Part shown: positions 8,801 to 19,018 of the stretch, in pieces
Layout of the letters: the number at the start of each line of letters is the position of its first letter
How positions within the stretch are numbered: position 1 is the first letter of the stretch
Assembly: GCA_035573355.1 (NCBI GenBank)
Contig: DATMZV010000020.1
Span: 5,917 to 69,916, forward strand
Length of the DNA stretch: 64,000 nucleotides
Direction of reading: 5' to 3'
DNA from: Gaiellaceae bacterium
GTDB lineage: Bacteria; Actinomycetota; Thermoleophilia; Gaiellales; Gaiellaceae
Made by a program: the position numbers and the translations under genes
Notes under the pieces: generated by a model
Told to the model about the DNA's origin: nothing
Database searches by the model: none
Seen by the model: the letters and a program-made list of their open reading frames with translations, nothing else

Positions 8801-10438
8801 ATGAACACAACCGCTGACCTGGAACGGGGCCACGCCGCCTATTCGAGCTCTGCGTGGCAGGACGCTTACGCATCGCTGTCCGAAGCAGATCGGACCGTAC
8901 CGCTCGCCGCAGAGGATCTTGAGCTGCTCGCGACGTCCGCCTACATGCTCGGTCGCGAAGACGACTGCGTGCAGATCCTGGGGCGCGCAGTTCAGCGTTA
9001 CTCCGACGACGGGGTCCTGCTGCGCGCCGCGAGATGTGCGTTCTGGATCGGAATGCAGCTTGCGCTTCGCGGTGAGATGGGGCCGGCCACCGGTTGGCTC
9101 GGACGCGCACAACGGTTGGTCGACCGCGAGGACCGTGAGTGCGCAGAGCAGGGCTACATGCTGCTACCCGTCGCCTTCGAGCACGAGGTCGCCGGCGACT
9201 TCGAGGGCGCGGCCACGACTGCGGGTGCCGCAGCGGAATTAGGCGAGCGTTTCGGCGACGCGGACCTCTTTGCCCTCGCGGTGCATGTGCAGGGCGGCAC
9301 CCTCGTCAAGTGCGGTCGTGTCGGAGAGGGGCTCGCGTTGCTCGACGAGGCAATGGTGGCCGCGATCGCCGGAGAGCTCTCGCCGATCGTGACGGGAACC
9401 GTCTACTGCGGTGTGATCCTGGCGTGCGAGGAGATCTACGAGCTTCGTCGCGCGCAGGAGTGGACGGCCGTACTGGCACGCTGGTGCGAGCAGCAGCCCG
9501 ATCTCGTCGCGTTCACCGGCCGCTGCCTCGTGCATCGCGCTCAGTTGATGCAGCTTCACGGGGATTGGCGGGACGCACTCGAAGAGGCGCATCGCGCAGG
9601 CGAGCGTTTCGAGCTGAGCATGAACGAGGCCGCTGCTGCGAAAGCCTGCTACCTCCGCGGTGAGGTCCACCGTCTGCGAGGAGAGTTCGCCGAAGCCGAG
9701 GAGTCGTACCGAGAAGCGAGTCAGCTCGGGCTCGAGCCGCAGCCGGGCTGGGCGCTCCTGCGCCTTGCGCAAGGGAACGCCGACGCGGCGGCCGCAGCGA
9801 TTCGCCGCGCGATCGGCGAGACGACCGATCGGCTGAAGCGTGCCGGCCTCCTGCCTGCCTACGCCGAGATCCTGATCGCGGTCGGCGATCTCGATGACGC
9901 GCGGCTGGCGTGCGCCGAGCTCGGGGAGATCGCTGCCGAGTGCGAGAGCGCGATGCTGGAGGCGATTCACGGACACGCTCGCGGAGCGGTCGAGCTGGCT
10001 GCAGGCGACGCCTCCAACGCGCTCGTGAGTCTTCGCCGGGCCGCGCAGGCCTGGAAGGAGCTCGAGGCTCCGTACGAGGCGGCTCGCGCGCGTGTGCTCG
10101 TCGGGCAAGCCTGCCGCGAGCTCGGCGACGAGGATGCGTTCTCTCTCGAGTTGGAGGCCGCGCGGGGTGTGTTCGAACAGCTCGGTGCGGCTCCGGATCT
10201 GACCTGGGTGGACGCCCTCATGGGAAAAGCCGCAACCACGGACGCACATGGCTTGTCGCCGCGCGAGCTGGAGGTCCTGCGGCTGGTCGCGTCCGGCAAG
10301 AGCAACCGGGAGATCGCCGGCCTCCTCGTGATCAGCGAGCACACGGTTGCGCGGCACGTGCAGAACATCTTCACGAAGCTCGGCGTCCCGTCGCGAACTG
10401 CGGCGGGCGCGTTCGCGTTCGAGCACGACCTCGTCTGA
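8801..10438 (+). CDS. LuxR-family regulator with large helical-repeat (TPR-like) sensor region
   Basis: 545 aa. C-terminal HTH LSPRELEVLRLVASGKSNREIAGLLVISEHTVARHVQNIFTKLG. No P-loop seen. Confidence 0.8.
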   Translation: MNTTADLERGHAAYSSSAWQDAYASLSEADRTVPLAAEDLELLATSAYMLGREDDCVQILGRAVQRYSDDGVLLRAARCAFWIGMQLALRGEMGPATGWLGRAQRLVDREDRECAEQGYMLLPVAFEHEVAGDFEGAATTAGAAAELGERFGDADLFALAVHVQGGTLVKCGRVGEGLALLDEAMVAAIAGELSPIVTGTVYCGVILACEEIYELRRAQEWTAVLARWCEQQPDLVAFTGRCLVHRAQLMQLHGDWRDALEEAHRAGERFELSMNEAAAAKACYLRGEVHRLRGEFAEAEESYREASQLGLEPQPGWALLRLAQGNADAAAAAIRRAIGETTDRLKRAGLLPAYAEILIAVGDLDDARLACAELGEIAAECESAMLEAIHGHARGAVELAAGDASNALVSLRRAAQAWKELEAPYEAARARVLVGQACRELGDEDAFSLELEAARGVFEQLGAAPDLTWVDALMGKAATTDAHGLSPRELEVLRLVASGKSNREIAGLLVISEHTVARHVQNIFTKLGVPSRTAAGAFAFEHDLV

Positions 10439-10571
10439 CCTCGCCGCTGGTCAGAAATGACCACGCGCCGAGCGAGGCAAGTTGGTGGATCCGCGCGATG
10501 CGGCCCGATCACCCTCCGTCCTACCGTCGCCATGCAGGTCATTCGACACCGAGCCCAATGGAGGAACGGTC

Positions 10572-11690
10572 ATGGCGACACAGGAAGCAGGGATCGAGAA
10601 CCGGCACGACGCCGGCACGAGCAGCAAGAGCACGGAGGAATTCGAGACCGTCGTCATCGGCGGTGGCCAGGCCGGACTCGCCGTCGGCTACTACCTGAAG
10701 AAGCGCGGCAGGTCGTTCGTGATCCTGGACGCGAACGACCGAATCGGCGGATCGTGGCGCACTCGAACCTGGAATTCGCTGCGCCTCTTCACTCCGGCTC
10801 GCTACGACGGGTTGCCCGGCTGGGGCTATCCCGGTCCCGGCTGGTCGTATCCGACCGCGAAGGAGTTGGCCGACTACCTCGAGGCTTACGCCTTGCGATT
10901 CGAGCTTCCGGTGCGAAGCGCGACGGCAGTGAAGCGTCTCGCGAAGGAAGGTGAGCGCTATGTCGTGGAGTGCGGCGAGCGCCGCTTCGTGGCCGACAAT
11001 GTGGTCGTCGCGACCGGCTTCTACGGAACGCCGTCGGTTCCCGACTTCGCGTCCGAGCTCGATCCGCGCATCGTGCAGATGCATTCCAGCGAGTACCGCG
11101 ATCCGTCCCAGCTTCGGTCCGGCGGCGTTCTCCTCGTCGGCGCCGGCAACTCCGGTGCCGACATCGGCCTGGAGGCGTCCGCGACACACCGCACCTGGCT
11201 GTCCGGGAGGGACAAGGGTCAGGTGCCGGTTCGCATCGAGAGCCGGAAAGCCCGTCTCGTCCTTCCGATCTTATGGTTCGTCGCATCACATGTGCTCACC
11301 GTGAAGACCCCGATCGGCCGGAAGGTGAGGCCGCATGTCCTCGCCGAGGGCGCCCCGCTCATCCGGGTCAAGTCGGAGGACCTCCTCGCGGCCGGAGTCG
11401 AACGCGTCTCGAGAACGGTCGGTGTGCTCGACGGTTTGCCCGCGCTCGAGGACGGACGCGTCATGGATGTCGCCAACGTCATCTGGTGCACGGGCTTCCG
11501 GCAGGACTTCAGCTGGATCGAGGTCCCGGTCTTCGGTGACGACACGGAGCCGATGCACGAACGCGGGGTCACGTCCGAGCCGGGGCTCTACTTCGTCGGC
11601 CTCGACTTCCTGTACTCGTTCACGTCGGAGAACGTCGGCGGCGTGGGGCGGGATGCGCGCCACATCGCCGGGCTCATCGCTTCGGGCTAG
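10572..11690 (+). CDS. Flavin-containing / NAD(P)-binding monooxygenase
   Basis: Start moved to ATG 10572 behind RBS GGAGGA. Dinucleotide motifs VVIGGGQAGLAVG and VLLVGAGNSGADIG. Confidence 0.8.
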   Translation: MATQEAGIENRHDAGTSSKSTEEFETVVIGGGQAGLAVGYYLKKRGRSFVILDANDRIGGSWRTRTWNSLRLFTPARYDGLPGWGYPGPGWSYPTAKELADYLEAYALRFELPVRSATAVKRLAKEGERYVVECGERRFVADNVVVATGFYGTPSVPDFASELDPRIVQMHSSEYRDPSQLRSGGVLLVGAGNSGADIGLEASATHRTWLSGRDKGQVPVRIESRKARLVLPILWFVASHVLTVKTPIGRKVRPHVLAEGAPLIRVKSEDLLAAGVERVSRTVGVLDGLPALEDGRVMDVANVIWCTGFRQDFSWIEVPVFGDDTEPMHERGVTSEPGLYFVGLDFLYSFTSENVGGVGRDARHIAGLIASG

Positions 11691-11715
11691 GCGGGAGCGC
11701 CGTAGACTCGCTTCC

Positions 11716-13056
11716 GTGGCAGGGATAGTCGAACTGAGAGAGCGGCACCGCGGTCCGGTCATCGCTCCGGGCGACGACCGCTACGACGGTGCGCGCGCGA
11801 CGTTCAACGGGATGGTGGACCGCCGGCCCGAGGTGGTCGTTCGCCCGTTGGATGCCGCGGACGTCGTCACGGCCGTGCAGTTCGCCCGCGAAGGAGACCT
11901 GCCTGTGTCGATCCGCGGCGGTGGCCACGGCGTCGCGGGCCACTGCGTCGGCGACGGATCGGTCGCGGTCGACCTACGGCTCATGCGCCAGGTCGTCGTC
12001 GACCCGGAGAAGCGGACGGCGACCTGCGGCGGCGGTGCGCTCTGGGACGACCTCGATCCGCCGTGTCAGGTTCACGGTCTCGCGACGCCGGGAGGGACCT
12101 TCGGCGACACCGGCGTGGCCGGCCTGACGCTCGGCGGGGGTCTCGGCCATCTGAGCCCGTCGCTCGGGCTCACGCTCGACAATCTGCTTGAAGCGAACCT
12201 CGTCACCGCGGACGGGGCTGTTGTTTCCGCTAGCGAGGGAGAGAATCCCGAGCTCTTCTGGGCGCTCCGCGGCGGCGGTGGCAACTTCGGCGTCGTCACG
12301 CAGTTCACGTTCCAGTTGCATCCGGTGGGCCTGCTGCTCGGCGGTCAGATCGACTTCCGCTACGAGGACGCGCCGGTCGCCCTCACGCGCTGGCGGGACG
12401 TGATGGCGGACGCGCCGGACCTGCTCGCGAGCTTCGGGCAGGTCTACCGAAGCCCAGCGGTGGGCCTGTCCGGCGCGAACCTGTCGTTTGCGTGGCTCGG
12501 AGCCCCGGACGACGGAAACGCGGTGATCGCCGAGCTCACGGCAGGGCTGACGCCGACGCGGAACACCGTGCGGCCCATGCACTACTGCGAGCTCCAGGGC
12601 ATCTACGAGCGAATCCCGTTCGGTCTGCGGAACTACTGGTCGGGACGGTTCCTCGGAGAGCTCCCGGATGAGCTGCTCATGCAGACGATCGAGATCTTCC
12701 GCGACCCGGCAATGGCCGGAGGCGTCTTGATCGAGCCGCTGCACGGTGCGCCGGCGAGGATCGCCTCCGATGCCACCGCGTTCGCCGGACGAGAAGCGCG
12801 CTGGAACGCGACGTTCCTCAACATCTGGACCGACCCGGATATGGACGAGACCGAGATCGAGAAAGCCCGCGCCTTCTCGCGCTCGCTCGAGCCGTGGCGC
12901 GTCGGCGGCGGCTATCTCAACTACGCGAACGAAGCGGCCTCGGAAAGCCTCGAGACGGAGTTCGGTGTGGAACGGTTCCAGCGGTTGCTCGCGGTGAAGC
13001 GGGATCTCGACCCCGCGAACGTCTTCAGGTTCAACCACAACATCGCGAACGCCTGA
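11716..13056 (+). CDS. FAD-binding oxidoreductase with BBE C-terminal domain
   Basis: GTG 11716 chosen, since the listed ORF 11335.. overlaps the previous gene. FAD_binding_4 region VSIRGGGHGVAGH. Tail LLAVKRDLDPANVFRFNHNI. Paralogue of the fragment at 1..339. Confidence 0.85.
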   Translation: MAGIVELRERHRGPVIAPGDDRYDGARATFNGMVDRRPEVVVRPLDAADVVTAVQFAREGDLPVSIRGGGHGVAGHCVGDGSVAVDLRLMRQVVVDPEKRTATCGGGALWDDLDPPCQVHGLATPGGTFGDTGVAGLTLGGGLGHLSPSLGLTLDNLLEANLVTADGAVVSASEGENPELFWALRGGGGNFGVVTQFTFQLHPVGLLLGGQIDFRYEDAPVALTRWRDVMADAPDLLASFGQVYRSPAVGLSGANLSFAWLGAPDDGNAVIAELTAGLTPTRNTVRPMHYCELQGIYERIPFGLRNYWSGRFLGELPDELLMQTIEIFRDPAMAGGVLIEPLHGAPARIASDATAFAGREARWNATFLNIWTDPDMDETEIEKARAFSRSLEPWRVGGGYLNYANEAASESLETEFGVERFQRLLAVKRDLDPANVFRFNHNIANA

Positions 13057-13113
13057 GTCGCTTCGCGAGGGCGACGTGCGCCGCCCCCGCGAAACTGAGA
13101 AGAGCCCGTTGGT

Positions 13114-13782
13114 CTAGACGGTTCGGGCGGTAGGCGTGCTGCGGAGGAACATCAGGATCGAGACGATCAGGATCCACAGCAGGAAGAGGAACTGCGGGAA
13201 GAAGGCGACCGAGGCGAGCGACAGGATGCCGACGACAACCCCGAGCCAGCCTGCCCAGGTCGGCCACGCCCCGGCCCACATGAATGCCAGCGAGGCGGCA
13301 ATGATCATCGCCGCGAGGCCAAGCGCGCCCGTCGCGTGCATGACCCAGCCGACGTCGTCCGCCGCGTGGATCAACTCTGGGAAGACCTGGTGGTGGTAGG
13401 TGTCGTCGCTCATCGTCCTGATTCCGTCGCTGAGCGCGACCGCCGCTCCTGCCACTGCGATGTAGATGCCACCGCCCAGGCCGACCACGGCCGTCAGGAT
13501 CCCCTCGCCGTCGATCAGGCTCACCGCTCGGCGCAGTGCAGCGACGAACCAGAGCAGAAAGAAGAGGCTGAGGCCGATGAGAATCCAGCCACCGTTGACG
13601 CGGTCGCGGTGTCCGGAGTCCGAGTACCACTGGATGACCTTCGCCGGCGCTGCACCGCTGCTCGGCGCGCCGCTGAAGAGCAGGATCGTGCCGATGACGA
13701 AGAGCACGACGTAGAGCGCTCCTCCGAGAAACGCCATTCGCGCAACGGTGCGGGGACGGCCAACTGGAACCGCAGTCTCCAT
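13114..13782 (-). CDS. Polytopic membrane protein, unknown function
   Basis: 222 aa with about 6 hydrophobic helices. Divergent from the two-component system. Confidence 0.6.
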   Translation of the reverse strand: METAVPVGRPRTVARMAFLGGALYVVLFVIGTILLFSGAPSSGAAPAKVIQWYSDSGHRDRVNGGWILIGLSLFFLLWFVAALRRAVSLIDGEGILTAVVGLGGGIYIAVAGAAVALSDGIRTMSDDTYHHQVFPELIHAADDVGWVMHATGALGLAAMIIAASLAFMWAGAWPTWAGWLGVVVGILSLASVAFFPQFLFLLWILIVSILMFLRSTPTARTV

Positions 13783-13910
13783 GGAACCTCCCTCTGAACG
13801 CGGGCACCATGCCCGACGATGAGGCCCGGTTCGCTTCGGCTCGGTGGACTCCTCCGCGGGGACTACATCGTCCGCACGGATGAAGCGAGCTCGTCCTCGC
13901 GGACGACGCG

Positions 13911-15098
13911 GTGCGGCCGCGGAGAGAGTACTTTCAGCCCGTGAAGACGCTCGGGCGGCTCGCCTTGCGCCACTGGTTCGACATCGCGATCCTTGTCGGG
14001 CTCGGGATCGGCATCGCGGAAGCGGTCAGGCAAGTCCACAAGTCCGACGGGCCCGCGGGGCCCCTGTGGCTCGACGTCATCTTCGTCGTCGCGATCATCA
14101 CTCCCTTGCTCGCCCGCCGGCGGTTTCCGTTCGGCGCGCCCGTTGCCGTTGCGGTCGTAGTCACCGTCTCGACTCTTTTCGACGACAAGCTCACGCCGAA
14201 CAACTTCATGATCTTCCTGGCCGGGTGTTCCGCGGTGTTTCTCATGGCCTTGCTCCCGGACTGGAGGCAGGCGGTCGCCGGGCTTGCCATCGTCTTCGGC
14301 ACCGAGGCCGTCGTGGCTCGCACGGATCCGAACGGCGGGATCGGTGACTTCTTCTTTTCGAATCTCCTCTTCGGTGTCGTGTGGGTCGTCGGCTTCGCGC
14401 TCGGTCGCAAGTTCGAGGAGGCCGACGAGGCGAGGGAGCGGGCTGCACGCGCTGAGCGCGAGCGGGAGGAGCGCGCACGGGCGGCAGTTGCCGAAGAGCG
14501 CGCCAGGATCGCGCGCGAGCTCCACGACGTCGTCGGTCACAGCGTAAGCGTCATGACCGTCCAGGCTTCGGGGGTGCGACGCCTGCTCCGGCCCGATCAG
14601 GAGCGAGAGCGCGAAGCCCTGCTCGTCGTCGAGCGAACGGGACGCGAGGCGCTCGCCGAGATGCGCCGGATGGTCGGTGTGCTCAGGCGTCCCGAGGAGG
14701 CGCCGGCGCTCGCGCCCCAACCGAGTCTCGAGCATGTGAACCGCCTCGTCGAGCAGGCGCGGGACTCGGGCTTACCGGTCGAGCTCCGCATCGACGGCGA
14801 CGCGATCCAGCTGCCCGCCGGAGTGGATCTCACCGCGTACAGACTGGTGCAGGAGGGGCTGACCAACGCGCTGAAGCACGCTCACGCGACCAGAGCTGAA
14901 GTGGTCGTGAGCTACGGGGAGAGTCACATCGAGGTATCGGTGACCGATGACGGCACGGGTGTGGGCAACGGCGACGGCGGCGGACACGGTCTCGTCGGGA
15001 TGCGTGAGCGCGTCTCGGTTTACGGCGGCGAGCTCGACGCCGGGCCGCAGCCCGACGGCGGGTACCGGTTGCGGGCGAAACTCCCGCTCGAAGCATGA
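13911..15098 (+). CDS. Membrane sensor histidine kinase (HisKA_3/NarL-type partner)
   Basis: 395 aa. N-terminal TM helices, H-box ERARIARELHDVVGHSV, ATPase boxes DDGTGV...GHGLVGMRER. GTG start; 13941 is an alternative. Confidence 0.85.
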   Translation: MRPRREYFQPVKTLGRLALRHWFDIAILVGLGIGIAEAVRQVHKSDGPAGPLWLDVIFVVAIITPLLARRRFPFGAPVAVAVVVTVSTLFDDKLTPNNFMIFLAGCSAVFLMALLPDWRQAVAGLAIVFGTEAVVARTDPNGGIGDFFFSNLLFGVVWVVGFALGRKFEEADEARERAARAEREREERARAAVAEERARIARELHDVVGHSVSVMTVQASGVRRLLRPDQEREREALLVVERTGREALAEMRRMVGVLRRPEEAPALAPQPSLEHVNRLVEQARDSGLPVELRIDGDAIQLPAGVDLTAYRLVQEGLTNALKHAHATRAEVVVSYGESHIEVSVTDDGTGVGNGDGGGHGLVGMRERVSVYGGELDAGPQPDGGYRLRAKLPLEA

Positions 15099-15763
15099 GC
15101 CTCCAGGTCCTCATCGTCGACGACCAGGCACTCGTACGGGCGGGGTTCCGGATGATCCTCGACGCCGAGGAGGACATCGAGGTCGCGGGCGAGGCCGCCG
15201 ACGGGCTCGAGGCGGTGAGCGAGGCCGAGCGCCTTCGGCCGGACGTCGTCCTCATGGACGTCCGGATGCCGCAGGTGGACGGCATCGAGGCCACGCGTCG
15301 CCTGCTGGCGGGCGACGGCGTCGACACGAAGGTGGTCATGCTGACGACGTTCGACATGGACGAGTACGTCTACGACGCGCTTCGAGCGGGCGCGAGCGGC
15401 TTCTTGCTCAAGGACGTCCCGCCGGAGCAGCTCGTGGCCGGCATCCGCGCCGTCGCCCAGGGTGACGCCCTGCTCGCGCCGTCGATCACGCGAAGGGTGA
15501 TCGAAGAGTTCGTGCGGCGCCCACCGTCGTCCGTCCGGACGATGCCTCAGGAGGTCGAGGGCCTGACTGCGCGGGAGCTCGAGGTCTTGAAGCTCGTCTC
15601 ACGCGGCCTCTCGAACGCCGAGATCGCAAAAGAGCTCTTTGTCAGCGAGACAACCGTGAAGACGCATGTGGCGCACGTGCTGACGAAGCTCGACCTTCGG
15701 GATCGCGTGCAGGCCGTGGTCTTCGCGTACGAGTGCGGCCTCGCCGGCGCCGACGGGGAGTAG
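15095..15763 (+). CDS. NarL/LuxR-family response regulator
   Basis: 222 aa. ATGA overlap with the kinase. Receiver LIVDDQ...VLMDVRMP. GerE HTH LTARELEVLKLVSRGLSNAEIAKELFVSETTVKTHV. Confidence 0.9.
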   Translation: MSLQVLIVDDQALVRAGFRMILDAEEDIEVAGEAADGLEAVSEAERLRPDVVLMDVRMPQVDGIEATRRLLAGDGVDTKVVMLTTFDMDEYVYDALRAGASGFLLKDVPPEQLVAGIRAVAQGDALLAPSITRRVIEEFVRRPPSSVRTMPQEVEGLTARELEVLKLVSRGLSNAEIAKELFVSETTVKTHVAHVLTKLDLRDRVQAVVFAYECGLAGADGE

Positions 15764-15904
15764 TTCACCTCATCCTGGCGGACGACCCGGGTCTCTCACA
15801 AGATCGCCCGGTAAGACGACGCGAGATCATTCTCGGCGCCGACGAAAACGAAGGGCCGCGGACCTAGCCTCCTAGGTGTCAACGAGCAGAAGGAGGCAGC
15901 AAAG

Positions 15905-16477
15905 ATGATCCGCACGGGAGACACCATTTTCAATCCGGTCACAGGGGAGCGCATCACCTTCCGCGCCACCTCGGCCGACACGAACGGCGAAGCGGTCGTG
16001 ATCGAATGCGCCGTCAAGCCGGACGGTTTCGTCGCCGCGACGCACGTGCATCCGTCGCAAAGCGAGCGGTTCGCCGTCATCGAGGGAACGCTCGGCATCA
16101 AGGCCGGCAAGGAGAAGCAGACACTCGGCCGCGGCGAAGTCGCGGTCGTCGAGCCCGGAACGCCGCATCGATTCTGGAACGCCGGCGACGACGAAGTGCG
16201 CTTCGTCTGCGAGGTGCGACCAGCACTGCAGTTCGAGTCGCTGCTCGAGACGATGTTCACGCTCGCCGCCGACGGCAGGACGAACCGCAAGGGCATGCCG
16301 AACCCGTTGCGGCTCGCCGTGATCGCACGGGCTCACTTCGACACGGTTCGGCTGCCGCAACCGCCGGCGTGGCTGCAGCGAGCCGGGCTCGCCCTCGGTG
16401 CCCCGCTCGGACGGGCGCTGGGCTACCGCTCGACGTACACGCCCGCGATGAACGCTCCCGCGATCCCCGCAGTCTGA
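15905..16477 (+). CDS. Cupin-domain protein
   Basis: 190 aa. Cupin motifs ATHVHPSQSERF and VEPGTPHRFWN. RBS GAAGGAGG upstream. Confidence 0.7.
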   Translation: MIRTGDTIFNPVTGERITFRATSADTNGEAVVIECAVKPDGFVAATHVHPSQSERFAVIEGTLGIKAGKEKQTLGRGEVAVVEPGTPHRFWNAGDDEVRFVCEVRPALQFESLLETMFTLAADGRTNRKGMPNPLRLAVIARAHFDTVRLPQPPAWLQRAGLALGAPLGRALGYRSTYTPAMNAPAIPAV

Positions 16478-16478
16478 G

Positions 16479-16595
16479 ATGAAGCGGCGCTTCTACTTCA
16501 CGCTCGTGGTGCTCGCGCTGATCCTCCTGGCGCTGCCGGGATTCGCGGCCAAGGCGGCAAAGCGCGCAGCGGGCCCCGCACTGCGGTTCGCGTAA
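16479..16595 (+). CDS. Unlisted 38-aa single-TM peptide, hypothetical
   Basis: ATG 2 nt after the cupin stop. MKRRFYFTLVVLALILLALPGFAAKAAKRAAGPALRFA. Strong G/C third-position bias. Below the ORF-track cutoff. Confidence 0.3.
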   Translation: MKRRFYFTLVVLALILLALPGFAAKAAKRAAGPALRFA

Positions 16596-16632
16596 GCCGA
16601 GACGAGTGGGTGCAGCAACCGCTGCGCCCACT

Positions 16633-16989
16633 TCATCTCGGGACGAACGGCTTGCCGGCGCGCTCGAGCGGCAAGCCCGCGTCGCGCCATTCGTTCTTGC
16701 CGCCGGAGTAGTGGCGGACGTTCGTGTAGCCGAGCTCCTGGAGCCGCACACCCGTCGCGATCGAGTCCTCGCAGTTCGGGCTCGAGCAGTAGACGACTAT
16801 CTCCGTGCTCCGGTCGGGAATGCGCCGCGCGACCATGTATGAATCGATTGCCGTCGGGGGCAGGTTGATCGCTCCCGGCAGGTGAGAGTGGGCGTACACC
16901 ATCGGCGCGAGCGCGTCGACGAGCACGAACGTTTCTCCGTCTTCGATCTTGCGCAGCAGCTCGTCCGCCGTGATTCCGGGAATCGTCAC
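16633..16989 (-). CDS. Rhodanese-like sulfurtransferase domain protein
   Basis: 118 aa. Active-site loop VVYCSSPNCEDS. Confidence 0.8.
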   Translation of the reverse strand: MTIPGITADELLRKIEDGETFVLVDALAPMVYAHSHLPGAINLPPTAIDSYMVARRIPDRSTEIVVYCSSPNCEDSIATGVRLQELGYTNVRHYSGGKNEWRDAGLPLERAGKPFVPR

Positions 16990-17122
16990 CGGGCGTCAAT
17001 TCTTCCAGTCGCAGTCCGGCAGGCAGGTGCGGTTACCCGTACATCGATTCACCGGCCCAGACCATTCCGTAGCCCTCCCGGCCCCAGGCAACCTGAAATC
17101 ACGGCTTTCAACTCGAAGGGAT

Positions 17123-18574
17123 ATGGACGACATGGTTACTTCAGATCGACGCAAATGGTGGGCGCTGGGGCTTCTCAGCGTCGTGCAATTCATGGTCGTC
17201 CTGGACATCGCAATCGTGAACGTGGCATTGCCCTCGATCCAGGTCGACCTCGGGTTCTCTGAGCAGAACCTCCAGTGGGTCATCAGTGCCTACGCGCTCG
17301 TTTTCGGGGGCTTCCTGCTCCTCGGCGGACGCGCGGCCGACCTGCTCGGGCGCAGGCGGGTCTTTCTCGCCGGGCTCGTCGTGTTCACGCTGGCCTCGCT
17401 CTTCGCCGGCCTGGCGTGGTCCGAGGCGTCCCTGATCTCGGCGCGCGCCATTCAGGGCCTCGGCGCGGCTGTGATCACGCCGGCGGCGCTGTCGATCCTG
17501 TCGGTGACCTTCCCCGAGGGCCGCGAGCGGAACATCGCGCTCGGCGTGTGGGGCGCGGTCGGCGGCTTTGGTGCCGCGGCCGGCGTCCTGCTCGGCGGCG
17601 TGCTCACGTCCGTGCTCAGCTGGTCGTGGATCTTCTTCGTCAACATCCCGGTGGGCGTAGCGGGCTTCGTGCTCGCGCCGATCCTGCTGAAGGAGAGCCG
17701 TGACGCGAGCGTCAAGTCGTTCGACGCAGCCGGTGCTGTGCTCGTGACGAGCGGGCTCTCGCTGTTCGTCTACGCCATCACCGAGGCAGGCCGAAACGGC
17801 TGGCTCGCGGGAAGCACGATCGCGTTCTTCGCGGTATCGGTCGCGCTGCTCGTCGGCTTCGTCGTGTGGGAGCTCCGGCACCCGGAGCCGCTGATGCGGA
17901 TCGGGATCCTGCGGATCAAGACCGTCACCGGCGCCAACGTCGCGGGGTTCATCCTCGGCACTGCGACGTTCTCGCTCTTCCTGATGCTGACGCTCTACAT
18001 GCAACAGGTGCTCGGCTATTCGCCGATCAAGACCGGCGTCGCGTACCTCGCGGTCGCGGGGACGGCGATCTTGACCTCGGCGGTTGCGGCCCAGCTTGTG
18101 AACAGGATCGGCGTGAAGCCGGTGCTCGTGATCGGGATGTCGTCCCTCACGGCCGGTCTCGTCTATTTCACGCAGGTGTCGGTGCACGGGTCGTACCTCG
18201 GCGATCTGTTGCCCGGGTTCCTGCTGGTCGCCGTCGGCCTCGGTTTCTCGTTCGTGCCGATCTCGATCGCCGCGCTGGCAGGTATCCAGCCGGCCGAGGC
18301 TGGCTTGGCATCAGGTCTGATCAACACGTCGCAGCAGATTGGCGGCGCGCTCGGAATCGCAGCGCTGTCGACGATCGCGACGTCACGGACGAGTGACGCG
18401 ATCGCAGGCGGCTCGTCGCAGGCATCTGCGCTCGTGAGCGGCTTTCACGGTGCGTTCGTCGCAGGCGTGATCGTCTCCGCGATCGGCATCGTGGCCACGG
18501 TCGTCTTGATCCGTCGCGACGAGCTCGAACAGAACGTCGAAGAGCTCGAGCCGGCACTCGATCTGGCTGCCTAG
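17123..18574 (+). CDS. MFS transporter, DHA2 (EmrB/QacA, 14-TMS) family
   Basis: Start set at MDDMVTSDRRKWWALGLL (17123). Motifs VNVALPSI, GRAADLLGRRRVF. Paralogue of 47178..48605. Confidence 0.85.
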   Translation: MDDMVTSDRRKWWALGLLSVVQFMVVLDIAIVNVALPSIQVDLGFSEQNLQWVISAYALVFGGFLLLGGRAADLLGRRRVFLAGLVVFTLASLFAGLAWSEASLISARAIQGLGAAVITPAALSILSVTFPEGRERNIALGVWGAVGGFGAAAGVLLGGVLTSVLSWSWIFFVNIPVGVAGFVLAPILLKESRDASVKSFDAAGAVLVTSGLSLFVYAITEAGRNGWLAGSTIAFFAVSVALLVGFVVWELRHPEPLMRIGILRIKTVTGANVAGFILGTATFSLFLMLTLYMQQVLGYSPIKTGVAYLAVAGTAILTSAVAAQLVNRIGVKPVLVIGMSSLTAGLVYFTQVSVHGSYLGDLLPGFLLVAVGLGFSFVPISIAALAGIQPAEAGLASGLINTSQQIGGALGIAALSTIATSRTSDAIAGGSSQASALVSGFHGAFVAGVIVSAIGIVATVVLIRRDELEQNVEELEPALDLAA

Positions 18575-18588
18575 AAGGGGAGGCTTGT

Positions 18589-18608
18589 GGGGGAGCTTCG
18601 GCTCCCCC
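18589..18608. terminator. GC-rich stem-loop between convergent genes
   Basis: GGGGGAGC-TTCG-GCTCCCCC, 15 nt after the MFS stop. Confidence 0.6.
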
Positions 18609-18615
18609 AAAGGCC

Positions 18616-18987
18616 TTATCCTCGCCGGGTGTGTGCGGCGATGCCGCCGACGAATAGCACGGTGCCGGCAAGAAGCCACGGCAACGGGTTGAGATGCTGA
18701 TCGCACCCGCTCGCCGTCTGCGTCTCCCAGCACGTCGTTCCCGGACCGGCGCGTTGCACCCAGGCGACGTACAGCAGCAGAGCTCCGGCGCCGCTCACCG
18801 CGCCGAACGCTGAACGGCGGATCCCCGGCCGAGACGCCATCACGTAAGCGACGAGGAAGACCGGCGTCGCAAGGATTGGGCCGATCGACACGGTTGCGAG
18901 AGCGGCAGCCGCTCCGACCAGCGCCCAGACCCAGAACCAGCCGCAGCCGGCGAGATGAGCGCGGCGAGATGTTCGGGAACCGACCAT
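18616..18987 (-). CDS. Small membrane protein, unknown function
   Basis: ORF 18616..19077, with start moved to MVGSR (18987) to avoid overlapping the divergent gene. 3-4 hydrophobic helices. Start uncertain. Confidence 0.45.
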   Translation of the reverse strand: MVGSRTSRRAHLAGCGWFWVWALVGAAAALATVSIGPILATPVFLVAYVMASRPGIRRSAFGAVSGAGALLLYVAWVQRAGPGTTCWETQTASGCDQHLNPLPWLLAGTVLFVGGIAAHTRRG

Positions 18988-19018
18988 CCAAGCGAAGTAT
19001 CTCAGGGAGACTCCGCGA

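Noticed and set aside
10434-10455. Terminator after the LuxR gene (CTGACC-N8-GGTCAG)
   Set aside because: The stem is only 6 bp, overlaps the stop codon and has no T-tract. It is too weak to call.
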